Of a DNA stretch of 64,000 nt, positions 40,929 to 48,638 are shown in pieces. Source of the stretch: a virus; the IMG/VR virus record IMGVR_UViG_3300029448_000019, positions 4,155-68,154 of that record; one strand, 5' to 3'. The position numbers and the translations under genes were made by a program. How positions within the stretch are numbered: the first letter of the stretch is position 1; every line of letters starts with the position of its first letter. Under the pieces are notes generated by a model. The model had not been told where the DNA came from. It searched no databases and saw nothing but the letters and a program-made list of their open reading frames with translations.

Positions 40929-41147
40929 TCATGCAAAGTTATATTGTTTTTTAATTTTATGATTAAAGAATTTGCCAATAGATTCACTGTATTTCATAGA
41001 AATAAATGTATCTGATGGTACTTTAAAATACATATATTCTTTACCATAATTAAACTTAACTGTTAATGTGTTAAGGTCATAATCATATACCATATGATTT
41101 ATTGCTTGCGAATCGACTTCTAATTTTTCTGTAATATATTTTCTCAT
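40929..41147 (-). CDS. KTSC domain protein
   Basis: SQAI..YD...LTVKF..G..Y.Y..VP.......S.GKFFN. Confidence 0.8.
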   Translation of the reverse strand: MRKYITEKLEVDSQAINHMVYDYDLNTLTVKFNYGKEYMYFKVPSDTFISMKYSESIGKFFNHKIKKQYNFA

Positions 41148-41151
41148 AATT

Positions 41152-41490
41152 TTAATTTATTAATTTTAATTTAACATTTTTCCATTTACCATATTTCATT
41201 TCTTTATTAACTAAGAAATCAATACGCATATCCCAGCGTTTATTCATTCTATCTTGCACCTGCCATTCGCCATCCATATCAGCACCAGCACCTTCAACTA
41301 ATACACAAGCACCAAACGTAAAGCCAAGTGCTTCTAAATCGCGCGAAACAGCTATCCATCTGTGTTTTGCAGGATTTATACTATCTATAACTTGATTAGA
41401 TGCAGTTATAAATGGTGTTGAGTCTGTTTGTTTAGGATCAGCATGATATATTGTGGCTGTTACTAAAATTGTGTATAGCAATATTTTCAT
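41152..41490 (-). CDS. 3D-domain (MltA-like) cell-wall hydrolase
   Basis: TATIY..QTDSTPFITAS, IAVSRDL, VQDRM, RIDF. Confidence 0.75.
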   Translation of the reverse strand: MKILLYTILVTATIYHADPKQTDSTPFITASNQVIDSINPAKHRWIAVSRDLEALGFTFGACVLVEGAGADMDGEWQVQDRMNKRWDMRIDFLVNKEMKYGKWKNVKLKLIN

Positions 41491-41777
41491 AATTTATCTA
41501 TTTCTTTTTTTATTTTTTCGTATATTTCTTTAAGCTCAACTAATAATTCATACTTTTCATCTTCTAATAACTCTTGCCATTTTTCATCAAGCTGTTGTAA
41601 TTGAGCAAGTAATATATCTTTTTTACTTACATGCTTAACATTACCAAATATGTCAATTGAATGATGAAATTCTTCAGGTGTTGCTGCTTGGTATCTTTCA
41701 GCTATTCGCTTATCAAACTCATCCATAATTTTTTGAGTTATAAGTTCTGCTAATTGTTCCAATTGATCTTGTGTCAT
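41487..41777 (-). CDS. hypothetical protein (UvrB/C-like coiled-coil end)
   Basis: EDEKYELL..LKE helix hairpin. Confidence 0.45.
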   Translation of the reverse strand: MTQDQLEQLAELITQKIMDEFDKRIAERYQAATPEEFHHSIDIFGNVKHVSKKDILLAQLQQLDEKWQELLEDEKYELLVELKEIYEKIKKEIDKL

Positions 41778-42031
41778 ATTGTTGTAAGTTTTTCGGCCAT
41801 ATAAACAGAATATGGTGTACCAAATCCGTGATCAATTAATTTAGCTATTTTATTCCACACCCTTAAATCTCGTATAGAACCTTTAACACTAATATAATGT
41901 AGTTCAGGGTATCTTTGATTGTGTCTTGTTCTAAATTCATTTCTTAATTGTAATCTATAATGTGCAATTTTAGCAATAAGCATAGATTCAATACGACCAT
42001 CAATATATTCGTTATCAAACTTGTTTTTCAT
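41774..42031 (-). CDS. hypothetical early protein
   Basis: Co-oriented, coupled ORF. Confidence 0.5.
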   Translation of the reverse strand: MKNKFDNEYIDGRIESMLIAKIAHYRLQLRNEFRTRHNQRYPELHYISVKGSIRDLRVWNKIAKLIDHGFGTPYSVYMAEKLTTI

Positions 42032-42153
42032 ATTGTAAATTTTTAATATAATTTTCAGCTAATGTTTTATTATCAAAATCCTCATAGCCACCCCTAAGTC
42101 CTTTATTATCAGACCATAACACACGAAATTGATTATTAATTGTTTGTTTTATT

Positions 42154-42483
42154 TTAGTCTTCATCTTCGTCAATATTATAATTATCTTCAAGCCATTCTT
42201 TAATCTCGTCTTCAGGCAATCTTTCTTCAAGATCAGCTATATATACTATTGCACCACCGTTTTTTGATACTTCATCTAATCTATATAAAATATCTTCAGC
42301 GCTTGGTTCATAATAATATACATCATTTTCCCAATCAATATTACTAGGATCGTTTGTCATAACATATATATCATAGTTATCAGCTGTATAATATGTGCTT
42401 ACTTCTAAGTCATACGCACTTAATTTATAATCTTGCTCAATTGTAATATTAAGTTTTTCTTCTAATAATTTGTAATAATTCAT
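42154..42483 (-). CDS. acidic hypothetical early protein
   Basis: D/E/Y-rich, 109 aa. Confidence 0.55.
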   Translation of the reverse strand: MNYYKLLEEKLNITIEQDYKLSAYDLEVSTYYTADNYDIYVMTNDPSNIDWENDVYYYEPSAEDILYRLDEVSKNGGAIVYIADLEERLPEDEIKEWLEDNYNIDEDED

Positions 42484-42518
42484 TTGTTTTTAATTTAAAA
42501 TTAATATGTGTATAGCAA

Positions 42519-42746
42519 TTATGCTTCTACTGTTTCAGCTTCAACATTTATATTATCTACTTTGTTAATATTTTCATATACTTTAATAGTTAAGTATTTA
42601 ATAATGTCATCAGCTTCAAAGCCGTCTTTTAATAGTTGAGGAATTATTTTATCAAATGCATATCTTATTTGCCATTCAGCATCTGATACTGTTTCAACTC
42701 TGTCAATTAATGTTTTAATTTCTAAGTAATCTTGTAAGTTTTTCAT
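42519..42746 (-). CDS. hypothetical early protein
   Basis: Starts 16 nt downstream of a promoter motif. Confidence 0.6.
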   Translation of the reverse strand: MKNLQDYLEIKTLIDRVETVSDAEWQIRYAFDKIIPQLLKDGFEADDIIKYLTIKVYENINKVDNINVEAETVEA

Positions 42747-42761
42747 TTTATTTTATTTTAT

Positions 42762-42798
42762 TATATTATCACTATTAGTTTTGTTTTGTAACGTACTT
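42762..42798 (-). promoter_or_regulatory. phage promoter copy (AAGTACGTTAC-N15-GTGATAATATA)
   Basis: Exact motif; nearest copy upstream of the sigma gene. Confidence 0.8.
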
Positions 42799-43260
42799 CT
42801 TATCATTTATTATATCATTAAGTTTTGTTCTTAACGTATTAGAATATTTATATTCCATTTGTTCAAGCTTACTAATACATTCTTTAGTATAATTATAAAG
42901 CTTTTTGTTTTGTAATAATTTAACTCTATATTTATTTCTATAAAATTTATCAGGGTCATAGCTTTTAACTTCTAATGATATTTTAGTTTTTATATGATCT
43001 TTTATATTTAAATAAACATCAAACAATTCTTTTTCCCAAAAGTTATCGATTATATTATTAAATATTTTAAGGCCATGTAATACAGTAGCATGATCTTTAT
43101 TAACATGCTTTCCAATTGCATCTAATGATTCACTTGTAAAATCTTTACAAAGTTTATAATATATACTTCTTATATAAACAATTTCTCGTTTACGTGATTC
43201 TACATCTATAAAAGTATTAAATGCACTCTCCACTGCTTCTTTAATTATTTTACTATTCAT
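42775..43260 (-). CDS. DnaA domain IV (C-terminal HTH)-like DNA-binding protein
   Basis: SRKREIVYIR.I..KL...T..SLDAIGKHVNKDHATVLHG. Confidence 0.8.
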   Translation of the reverse strand: MNSKIIKEAVESAFNTFIDVESRKREIVYIRSIYYKLCKDFTSESLDAIGKHVNKDHATVLHGLKIFNNIIDNFWEKELFDVYLNIKDHIKTKISLEVKSYDPDKFYRNKYRVKLLQNKKLYNYTKECISKLEQMEYKYSNTLRTKLNDIINDKKYVTKQN

Positions 43261-43404
43261 TTTCTTTCCACCATTTTATATTATCTTCAGGACGATATTC
43301 ACTTTCGTTCCTTTTATGTTTTTTACCTTCGCTTGCTCTAGGAATTCTAAAGCCTACAACTGGGTTGATACCTAGATCCCACCAATTATCTGGTAATTTT
43401 TTTG

Positions 43405-43593
43405 TCATAATGTTTCTTTTAATTTTTTAATTAATTTATATTTAATATCTGATATTGTTTCATTAAAATAATCGTCTTCTAATTCTTCAATGTCAGTTCC
43501 GTCTATTTCCCACAATATCATGCGGTCAATACCTACATTTACAACTTTAACTAAGTTGTTTGCAATTTCATCTAAGTCACTTGTTTTGTTCAT
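43405..43593 (-). CDS. hypothetical early protein
   Basis: Co-oriented small ORF. Confidence 0.5.
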   Translation of the reverse strand: MNKTSDLDEIANNLVKVVNVGIDRMILWEIDGTDIEELEDDYFNETISDIKYKLIKKLKETL

Positions 43594-43787
43594 ACGATTT
43601 CAAGGTTAAGTTCTTGCGCTACATAGTTAATGTGCTTAGAAGTTGTTGGGCTTGATGTCATACCATATACATTCCATTTAAGTTTGTATAATTTGCCATC
43701 TTTAATTTCAGCAACATGAGTATCATATGAATATATGTCGTTGCCAATTTGTTTTAAGTTTACTTTATATTTGTCAAATGTTTTCAT
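43590..43787 (-). CDS. hypothetical early protein
   Basis: SYDTHVA...SPTTSKHINY motif. Confidence 0.6.
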   Translation of the reverse strand: MKTFDKYKVNLKQIGNDIYSYDTHVAEIKDGKLYKLKWNVYGMTSSPTTSKHINYVAQELNLEIV

Positions 43788-44131
43788 GTTATTTTATTTT
43801 ATGTTAAAACATATTTTATTATATATTTTTATTAATTCTTCTATTTGTTTTGTTGATTTTACATTACGATTTTTTTCATCAATTAAAAAGTTTTCAAGTG
43901 ATACTAGAATAATTAAATTTTGGTTGTGTGTTAATTTTTTCATTTTATTTATATTCTTGTATTAATTTATTTATATCTTTTAAGTTTGAAAAATGATAAT
44001 GGTATATAACTTCTTTTTTATAGTTAAATACTGTAAAATCATACATTTTAAATTTTGGTGAATAATATATTTGAAATGATGTTTGTGATTTTGGTTTGTT
44101 GTTAAAGTATTTATTCATGTTGTTATTTTAA

Positions 44132-44168
44132 TATATTATCACATTATAATTTAATTTGTAACGTACTT
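44132..44168 (-). promoter_or_regulatory. phage promoter copy
   Basis: AAGTACGTTAC-N15-GTGATAATATA; ATG at 44118. Confidence 0.8.
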
Positions 44169-44492
44169 ATCCTATTAATTCTAATTGTTTTTTAATTTGT
44201 TTTAAAGCTTTGTGACTTGCTTTTGCATTTTGCCAAATGGCATAATCTGGGCCGAATGTTTCTAGTAAATGTATAGCAACTTTTGCCGTTAATAACATTT
44301 TATTTGCTTCTTTACTTGTTATTTCTTTTGTCATATCTTTTATTTTTTTTATCGTCTAAATACATTTTATAATCTTGTAGAACTAAAGCAAATTCTTTGT
44401 TTAAATCTTTTAAATCATAATCAAATGATGAGGTTTTCATCCAGTGTGCGATAGATTCTAATGTTTCGATTGCTGTTTCTTTATGTGTCATA

Positions 44493-44690
44493 TTATTTAT
44501 TTAGGTTTTGAAATCTATAATGTTTTATTGTATTTAAACTTGCTTTAGTAAATTGATCTACACGCTTTTTATATTGTTTATCTAAGCAATATTTTTTTAT
44601 TGCTCTAGATTTAGTACATTCACCATACTTTTTTTCAAATTCTTCAATTTGTTTTAACTTATCATTAATCATTTGCTTTGTTAATTTCAT
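44493..44690 (-). CDS. hypothetical early protein
   Basis: Co-oriented small ORF. Confidence 0.5.
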   Translation of the reverse strand: MKLTKQMINDKLKQIEEFEKKYGECTKSRAIKKYCLDKQYKKRVDQFTKASLNTIKHYRFQNLNK

Positions 44691-44872
44691 AATTTTATAT
44701 TATTTACTGATTCTTTTATTCTATTTAATTCATTTTCAAAATATGATTTGATTGGTTTTGATTCAAAATGATCGGAATATAATTTTAAGTTTGATACAAT
44801 ACCTTCTATTCTTCCAAGCATTTTTGCATTTTCCATATTTATTTCTAATCTTTCTATATAATCTTTATTCAT
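44687..44872 (-). CDS. hypothetical early protein
   Basis: Co-oriented small ORF. Confidence 0.5.
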   Translation of the reverse strand: MNKDYIERLEINMENAKMLGRIEGIVSNLKLYSDHFESKPIKSYFENELNRIKESVNNIKL

Positions 44873-45056
44873 AATTATTCATATTTAATATTTCATCTGT
44901 TTTATTTACTATTATATTTCTTATATGTTCTCTGTGTCTATAGTCTAAACTATCAAATCCGTCACAGTCAAATGTATTTTTACTTAATTCATGTAATAAT
45001 ACTCCAAGTTCAAGGTAAAATCTTTTTGTCATTTTATTATATTTTATTTATTTTAT

Positions 45057-45093
45057 TATATTATCACTTTAATATTTATTTTGTGACGTACTT
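45057..45093 (-). promoter_or_regulatory. phage promoter copy
   Basis: AAGTACGTCAC-N15-GTGATAATATA; ATG at 45032. Confidence 0.8.
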
Positions 45094-45105
45094 ATTTTTT
45101 TATTA

Positions 45106-45327
45106 TTATAAATTATTTAATATAGTTTCAGTTATATTTTTTTTGTTTATAAAAGAAAAACCTTTTAAATTAAATTCTATTATATTTGGATTTTTGTGAT
45201 AAAATTTAAAGTTTAATAAATCTGTTAATTTAAATCCAATATAATTTGATTTTAACAGGGTTAATTTTTTATGTGAAATTGTTTTAGATTTATAATGATT
45301 TGTTGATAAGTTTTTTAAATTTGACAT
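45106..45327 (-). CDS. hypothetical early protein
   Basis: Single gene between two promoter copies. Confidence 0.55.
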   Translation of the reverse strand: MSNLKNLSTNHYKSKTISHKKLTLLKSNYIGFKLTDLLNFKFYHKNPNIIEFNLKGFSFINKKNITETILNNL

Positions 45328-45352
45328 TTTATATATTTTTATTAGTTACATT

Positions 45353-45389
45353 TATATTATCACTTTTATTTTTATTTTGTGACGTACTT
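45353..45389 (-). promoter_or_regulatory. phage promoter copy
   Basis: AAGTACGTCAC-N15-GTGATAATATA; ATG at 45327. Confidence 0.8.
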
Positions 45390-45391
45390 TT

Positions 45392-45568
45392 TTATTTATT
45401 TAATTTTATAATTTCATTTTCACAAATTTCTATTTCATTTTTTATTTTATTAATATGTTCTATTTTATTAGTGTTTTTAAATTTATTAAATTGTTTTAAC
45501 ATTTCTTTTTTTCTAGAATTATAAAATTTTATTTTATTTTCTTTTGTAAATGTATTTGGAAATCTCAT
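45392..45568 (-). CDS. first gene of the early arm (58 aa)
   Basis: Translated by hand: MRFPNTFTKENKIKFYNSRKK...; lies between two promoter copies. Confidence 0.5.
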   Translation of the reverse strand: MRFPNTFTKENKIKFYNSRKKEMLKQFNKFKNTNKIEHINKIKNEIEICENEIIKLNK

Positions 45569-45594
45569 ATTTATTATTTTTAATTAGTTACATT

Positions 45595-45631
45595 TATATT
45601 ATCACATTATAATAGGATTTGTAACGTACTT
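45595..45631 (-). promoter_or_regulatory. phage promoter copy
   Basis: AAGTACGTTAC-N15-GTGATAATATA; ATG at 45568. Confidence 0.8.
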
Positions 45632-46087
45632 TATATAAATTATTAAATATTCAATACAAAATGTCCCTTTTTAATAATATTGCACTATAATATAATATAT
45701 ACTATTAATAATTTAATAAAGTAGTAACTTCATTGAATATATGATAATAATTAATATTATATAAATTAAGTACTAAGATTCATTAATGTAAAATTATTAT
45801 ATATACAGTAATAGTGTTGAATCTTTGAACATATCACAACAATAGTGTTAAAATATTGATAATATGACAGTATTTTTCCCCTAACTCTAATAATAATGCA
45901 ATGTACTGACTATCAACACATTAAGTTTGCGACGTACTTTGCTATACATGACAAAACGGAAAATCCGCTGCATTATATTCGGTAAAATGTACGTTTTATT
46001 GTCATATGTGCGGGCCTTTTTATATTGGTTTTCCTAAAACGCTGATACTCAATACGTTACGTGTAATACAAAACCTATATATATCTA
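45632..46087. other. non-coding divergence point of the two arms (candidate genome end/origin)
   Basis: Longest non-coding stretch, very AT-rich, with genes pointing away on both sides. Confidence 0.5.
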
Positions 46088-46278
46088 ACCAATTTGAATC
46101 AAATACAATGAGTAAAGACTATACCCACATTAAAGCCAATGGTATCCGAAACGAGCTAAAAGAGATACGTAAGGCTGTGGACAAACTAACTGCTGCTATG
46201 ATTGAGATACATCTAGCACAAACAAACACACAAGATGAAACAGATAATACTAAGTTGTGCACTTGCAATTCTGACTAG
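46088..46278 (+). CDS. hypothetical protein (approximate end; same frame as ORF 46006..46278)
   Basis: MSKDYTHIKANGIRNELKEIRK...; first ATG in good context after the non-coding region. Confidence 0.45.
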
Positions 46279-46441
46279 TTGTGCAACATCGAAGAAAACG
46301 ACGTATGAAATAAAATACGAAGAGTTTAAAGATATAACTAAGGACGTGTGCGACACAAACCCAGTTGAGGTTACCCTAGCACAGCACTTATATAATGAAC
46401 TAAAACAATATAAAAGAAATGAACGCAAGCTTTTTAACTAA
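46235..46441 (+). CDS. small lipoprotein
   Basis: Signal peptide with lipobox LTSC. Confidence 0.6.
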   Translation: MKQIILSCALAILTSCATSKKTTYEIKYEEFKDITKDVCDTNPVEVTLAQHLYNELKQYKRNERKLFN

Positions 46442-46568
46442 GCATTCACCTTTAACTAAGAAGGATGCGTGCTATCACAAGGCTAAAGCCAAATACGATG
46501 TATTCCCCTCTGCTTATGCATCGGGATATATTGCTAAGTGCCGTAAGCGCGGCGGTAAAATGAAATAA
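46419..46568 (+). CDS. small basic protein (PSAYASG family)
   Basis: Translated by hand: ...KKDACYHKAKAKYDVFPSAYASGYIAKCRKRGGKMK. Confidence 0.7.
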   Translation: MNASFLTKHSPLTKKDACYHKAKAKYDVFPSAYASGYIAKCRKRGGKMK

Positions 46569-46589
46569 TAACTATTAAATAATAAAGAT

Positions 46590-46712
46590 ATGCCAGGTAC
46601 TAAGAAAATGGGAATGTATAAAAAACATAAGACTGCTAAGGGAATGCCTAAGAAAAAAGGGATGACTAAGAAAAAAGGTATGCCAAAAATGCACGGTAAA
46701 AAGAAAAAATAA
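46590..46712 (+). CDS. protamine-like Lys/Met peptide (40 aa)
   Basis: MPGTKKMGMYKKHKTAKGMPKKKGMTKKKGMPKMHGKKKK; TAATG-coupled to the next gene. Confidence 0.6.
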   Translation: MPGTKKMGMYKKHKTAKGMPKKKGMTKKKGMPKMHGKKKK

Positions 46713-47248
46713 TGAGAAATTCACTACAAGAAAGAAAAAAAAGAAACAAAGCTTCTATTTCTGCGGCAAACGCAAATAATATAAATGCAAGAAAAAGAAA
46801 GATGCGAGGTATTTCAACCCCCGAAGATAAAGCAAACGAAAAAGCCAGTGCTTCGGCAGGCATGAAACCGGCTGAAATAGAAAAAAAAGAAGATAATACT
46901 TTACAAAAGTCTATGTTATATAAAATGGATTCAATGGCATATAAGATGGAAGATTCTTCTCCTATAGTAAAACATTCAGGTATAGGGCCTGCAAATTTAG
47001 GTGGCCCGGGTATGAAATCTCACGTGCATGCATGCGGCACTCCTAAAAAATCTAGTGGTTTAAATGACGGGCACTCACCTATGGAATTTAATGATAAGCT
47101 AGAAAAAGCTGTAGACGACGGTAAAATTACTGGAGAATTTGCGGAAGCAGTTAAAGGAGGCATGCCTAAAATGGAAGCAGGTTCAATAACTATGAAACCT
47201 GAATCTGATGTTGAAAAATACAGAAAGCTAGATATTAAAGAATCTTAA
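46712..47248 (+). CDS. disordered basic/Met-rich protein
   Basis: 178 aa low-complexity ORF. Confidence 0.55.
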   Translation: MRNSLQERKKRNKASISAANANNINARKRKMRGISTPEDKANEKASASAGMKPAEIEKKEDNTLQKSMLYKMDSMAYKMEDSSPIVKHSGIGPANLGGPGMKSHVHACGTPKKSSGLNDGHSPMEFNDKLEKAVDDGKITGEFAEAVKGGMPKMEAGSITMKPESDVEKYRKLDIKES

Positions 47249-47250
47249 TA

Positions 47251-47418
47251 ATGGCAGATAAGAAAGTTAAAGCACCTGCCGGGTACCATTGGATGAAAAA
47301 GGGAGCGGGGTATAAATTAATGAAGCATGCGGGTAAATTTGTAAAACACCCCGGGGCTTCTTTATATGCTTCTTTCGGAATTCAAACAGCACACAAGCGT
47401 GGCAGTAAGAAAAACTAA
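47251..47418 (+). CDS. small basic protein (KAPAGYHWM family)
   Basis: Translated by hand: MADKKVKAPAGYHWMKKGAGYKLMKH..., 55 aa. Confidence 0.65.
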   Translation: MADKKVKAPAGYHWMKKGAGYKLMKHAGKFVKHPGASLYASFGIQTAHKRGSKKN

Positions 47419-47695
47419 AAAAGGATTAGCACTTAAACGTTGGTTTAAAGAAAAGTGGACCGACGAAAAAGGTAATGTTTGCGGTTCACGTAAAAATAAA
47501 AATACTAAAAAATGCAGGCCCTCAAAAAGAGTGTCCGGCAAAACAGTAAAAACTTGGAGTGAGATGTCCTCCTCTGAAAAGCGAAAAGCAGTAGCTGAGA
47601 AAAAAAGAGTAGGAATGGGAAGAAAGACTTCTCAGATAAGAAGAAAAACTACTAAAGCAAAAAAAAATGTTACTTCCAAAAAACGGCGTGGCTAA
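47399..47695 (+). CDS. small basic protein (RWFKEKW family)
   Basis: GTG start gives MAVRKTKKGLALKRWFKEKW...CG...CRPSKRVS. Confidence 0.7.
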   Translation: MAVRKTKKGLALKRWFKEKWTDEKGNVCGSRKNKNTKKCRPSKRVSGKTVKTWSEMSSSEKRKAVAEKKRVGMGRKTSQIRRKTTKAKKNVTSKKRRG

Positions 47696-48089
47696 AGAAT
47701 TAAGATCTTATGCAGGATCATTATTTGTGTTTCTATTTGTAATAGGAATAATAATTACTTTATTACAGTACCCAGTGTTGGATGCAAATAAAGAAGTAGT
47801 TATGATGTTAATCGGAACAATTGCGGCATCAATTCCTGTAATAATATCGAGCATCACTGGAACCAAGCCAGACGATATAAATGCACTCAAAGGTGATATT
47901 GAAAAGAAACAATTAACAATAGACCATTTAAATAAAGCTAAAGACGATTTAGAAAAAATGGTTATTGATTTGCAAAGAGAAATGTTAAAAAATCAAGATG
48001 ATGTTATGGATAAAATAATCCTTAAAGCGGCCATGGATTTTGATGACATACAATATGCAAAAAAAAGAATAAAAGGACTAGATGACTAA
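47667..48089 (+). CDS. 2-TM membrane protein with coiled coil
   Basis: Two hydrophobic helices followed by a heptad region. Confidence 0.6.
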   Translation: MLLPKNGVAKELRSYAGSLFVFLFVIGIIITLLQYPVLDANKEVVMMLIGTIAASIPVIISSITGTKPDDINALKGDIEKKQLTIDHLNKAKDDLEKMVIDLQREMLKNQDDVMDKIILKAAMDFDDIQYAKKRIKGLDD

Positions 48090-48309
48090 ATTATCGTTTA
48101 AAGCAAGAGCAGCTAAGGCTAAAAGAGATCTAGCTTATGCAAATTCTCCTGATAGGAAGAAAAAGCGAGCAGACAGCCAAAAAAGAAGAAGAGCTGCTAA
48201 AAAAGCTGGACGTAATTTAAAAGGTAAAGACTATGATCATAAAGACGGTAAGTTTAAAACAGTAAAAGCAAACCGTGGTAATGATGGAAAAGGAACTAAA
48301 AAAGAATAA
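48082..48309 (+). CDS. basic protein with minimal HNH-like motif
   Basis: GKDYDHKDG...KANRG. Confidence 0.55.
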   Translation: MTKLSFKARAAKAKRDLAYANSPDRKKKRADSQKRRRAAKKAGRNLKGKDYDHKDGKFKTVKANRGNDGKGTKKE

Positions 48310-48310
48310 T

Positions 48311-48610
48311 ATGCCAATCAAAAGAAAAAAGCCACCTGCTCCCTCAAAGAAAAAATCTTTAGGCTATTATGCTAAAGTAAATAAAAAAGGAGGAACTGGT
48401 AAAAAAGCCGGCGGCGGTATGACCGCTAAAGGGGTTGCCAAATATAGAAAAGACAACCCGGGCAGTAAACTTAAAACTGCAGTTACCACACCTCCATCAA
48501 AATTAAAAAAAGGCAGCAAAGCTGCAAAGAGAAGAAAATCTTTTTGTGCACGTTCTAAAAGCTGGACTTCGGAAAGAGGTAGAGCAGCAAGGCGTAAATG
48601 GAATTGCTAA
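48311..48610 (+). CDS. small basic protein (RRKSFCAR family)
   Basis: GGMTAKGVAKYR..NPGSKLKTAV...RRKSFCARS...RRKWNC. Confidence 0.7.
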   Translation: MPIKRKKPPAPSKKKSLGYYAKVNKKGGTGKKAGGGMTAKGVAKYRKDNPGSKLKTAVTTPPSKLKKGSKAAKRRKSFCARSKSWTSERGRAARRKWNC

Positions 48611-48638
48611 AATAAAAAATTAAATTAAATCAAATTAA

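Noticed and set aside
42762-45631. Repeated 37-nt motif as a CRISPR or mini-array
   Set aside because: The copies are dispersed hundreds of bases apart with genes between them and have a variable middle. There are no cas genes, and a promoter fits better.
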